From an uncultured Verrucomicrobiae bacterium (GTDB lineage: Bacteria; Verrucomicrobiota; Verrucomicrobiia; Limisphaerales; Palsa-1400): a stretch of 64,000 nucleotides of DNA. The notes beneath the pieces were generated by a model that was not told where the DNA came from, did no database searches, and saw only the letters and a list, made by a program, of their open reading frames with translations. Shown one piece after another: positions 63,401 through 64,000 of this stretch. Position 1 is the first letter of the stretch. Every line of letters begins with the position of its first letter. The stretch covers positions 320,001 to 384,000 of the forward strand of contig CAVPOM010000006.1 of assembly GCA_963707025.1 (NCBI GenBank), in the 5' to 3' direction. The position numbers and the translations under genes are program-made.

Positions 63401-64000
63401 TTAATTGCGCGGGCTGCGCGGCAATTTTTCATCCATCATCGCCGCGTCATAGACAAAGGCCGCCATAATGGTCGCCGCTTGTTTGACATCATCGGCCGAG
63501 AGGCGGTCAAAGACGTCCTCGCTGGTGTGGTGAGTGTGGGTGAAATAATCCATCGGGTCCTGGAGGAATTGGAATCCGGGCAGGCCAATGCTGTCGAAGG
63601 AAACGTGGTCGGTGGAACCGGTGCGCGACATGGTGAGGGTTTCCGCGCCCAAGCTGCGGAACGGTTCGATCCAGCGCCGGAAAATGGGGCGGACAGCCTC
63701 GTTTTGCTCCATGAATATGCCCCGGATTTTCCCGCCGCCGTTGTCCAGGTTGAAGTAGGCGGAGAGCTTGTCGTATTCGGGGCCGGGCGTGAAGCCTCTG
63801 CGGGCGGGCGCGTTGGTTGATGCTCCCGCTACGGCATTGGTCCCGCCTTGGGCGGGCAGGTTGTTGGTGGTTGCGCGCAGTTCGGCTGGGGCGTTGGTCC
63901 CCGGTGCGCTCAAGCCGCCCCCGCCACCGCGTCCTCCCCGGCCGCCGCGGCCGCCGCGACCGCGACCGCCCCGTCCGGCATTCGATCCGAAATGTTGGCT
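63401..64000 (-). CDS. M28-family peptidase, C-terminal part (runs off the window)
   Basis: [30 protein letters not shown]. Confidence 0.85.
   Translation of the reverse strand, partial: SQHFGSNAGRGGRGRGGRGGRGGRGGGGGLSAPGTNAPAELRATTNNLPAQGGTNAVAGASTNAPARRGFTPGPEYDKLSAYFNLDNGGGKIRGIFMEQNEAVRPIFRRWIEPFRSLGAETLTMSRTGSTDHVSFDSIGLPGFQFLQDPMDYFTHTHHTSEDVFDRLSADDVKQAATIMAAFVYDAAMMDEKLPRSPRN

Overview
GC-rich bacterial chromosomal segment. The gene repertoire (several DUF1559-like prepilin genes, an ECF sigma factor with a long C-terminal extension, many glycoside hydrolases) suggests Verrucomicrobiota subdivision 3 (Pedosphaerales-like); this is an inference. Core genes: nusA-infB (no rimP or rbfA alongside), two cyclophilins, RlmI-like methyltransferase, coaX, trpA, manC, icd, an RND efflux operon with TetR, GH29/GH36/GH79/DUF4450 glycosidases, and M16/M14/M28 peptidases. 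Accessory DNA: (1) a decayed IS4 element with a divergent DUF6788-like passenger gene, inserted into a REP doublet with a 12-bp target duplication; (2) an N4-cytosine methylase plus XcyI-family endonuclease bracketed by a ~51-bp degenerate duplication of the manC 5' end; (3) a ~5-kb island with HicAB-type toxin-antitoxin genes, an intact IS3 and a stand-alone DUF3631 ATPase ending in phased TGTAAC repeats. Intergenic DNA is rich in several REP-like families, REP-carrying MITE-like units (one with an empty-site homologue in the window) and 6/7/9-mer repeat hairpins. An ECF sigma gene is framed by ~80-bp inverted repeats. Seven single-base frameshifts all fall at or beside CCGG, pointing to methylation-linked sequencing errors rather than pseudogenes. 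No rRNA, tRNA, CRISPR array or integrase was recognised. All family assignments come from motif recognition by eye, not database searches.
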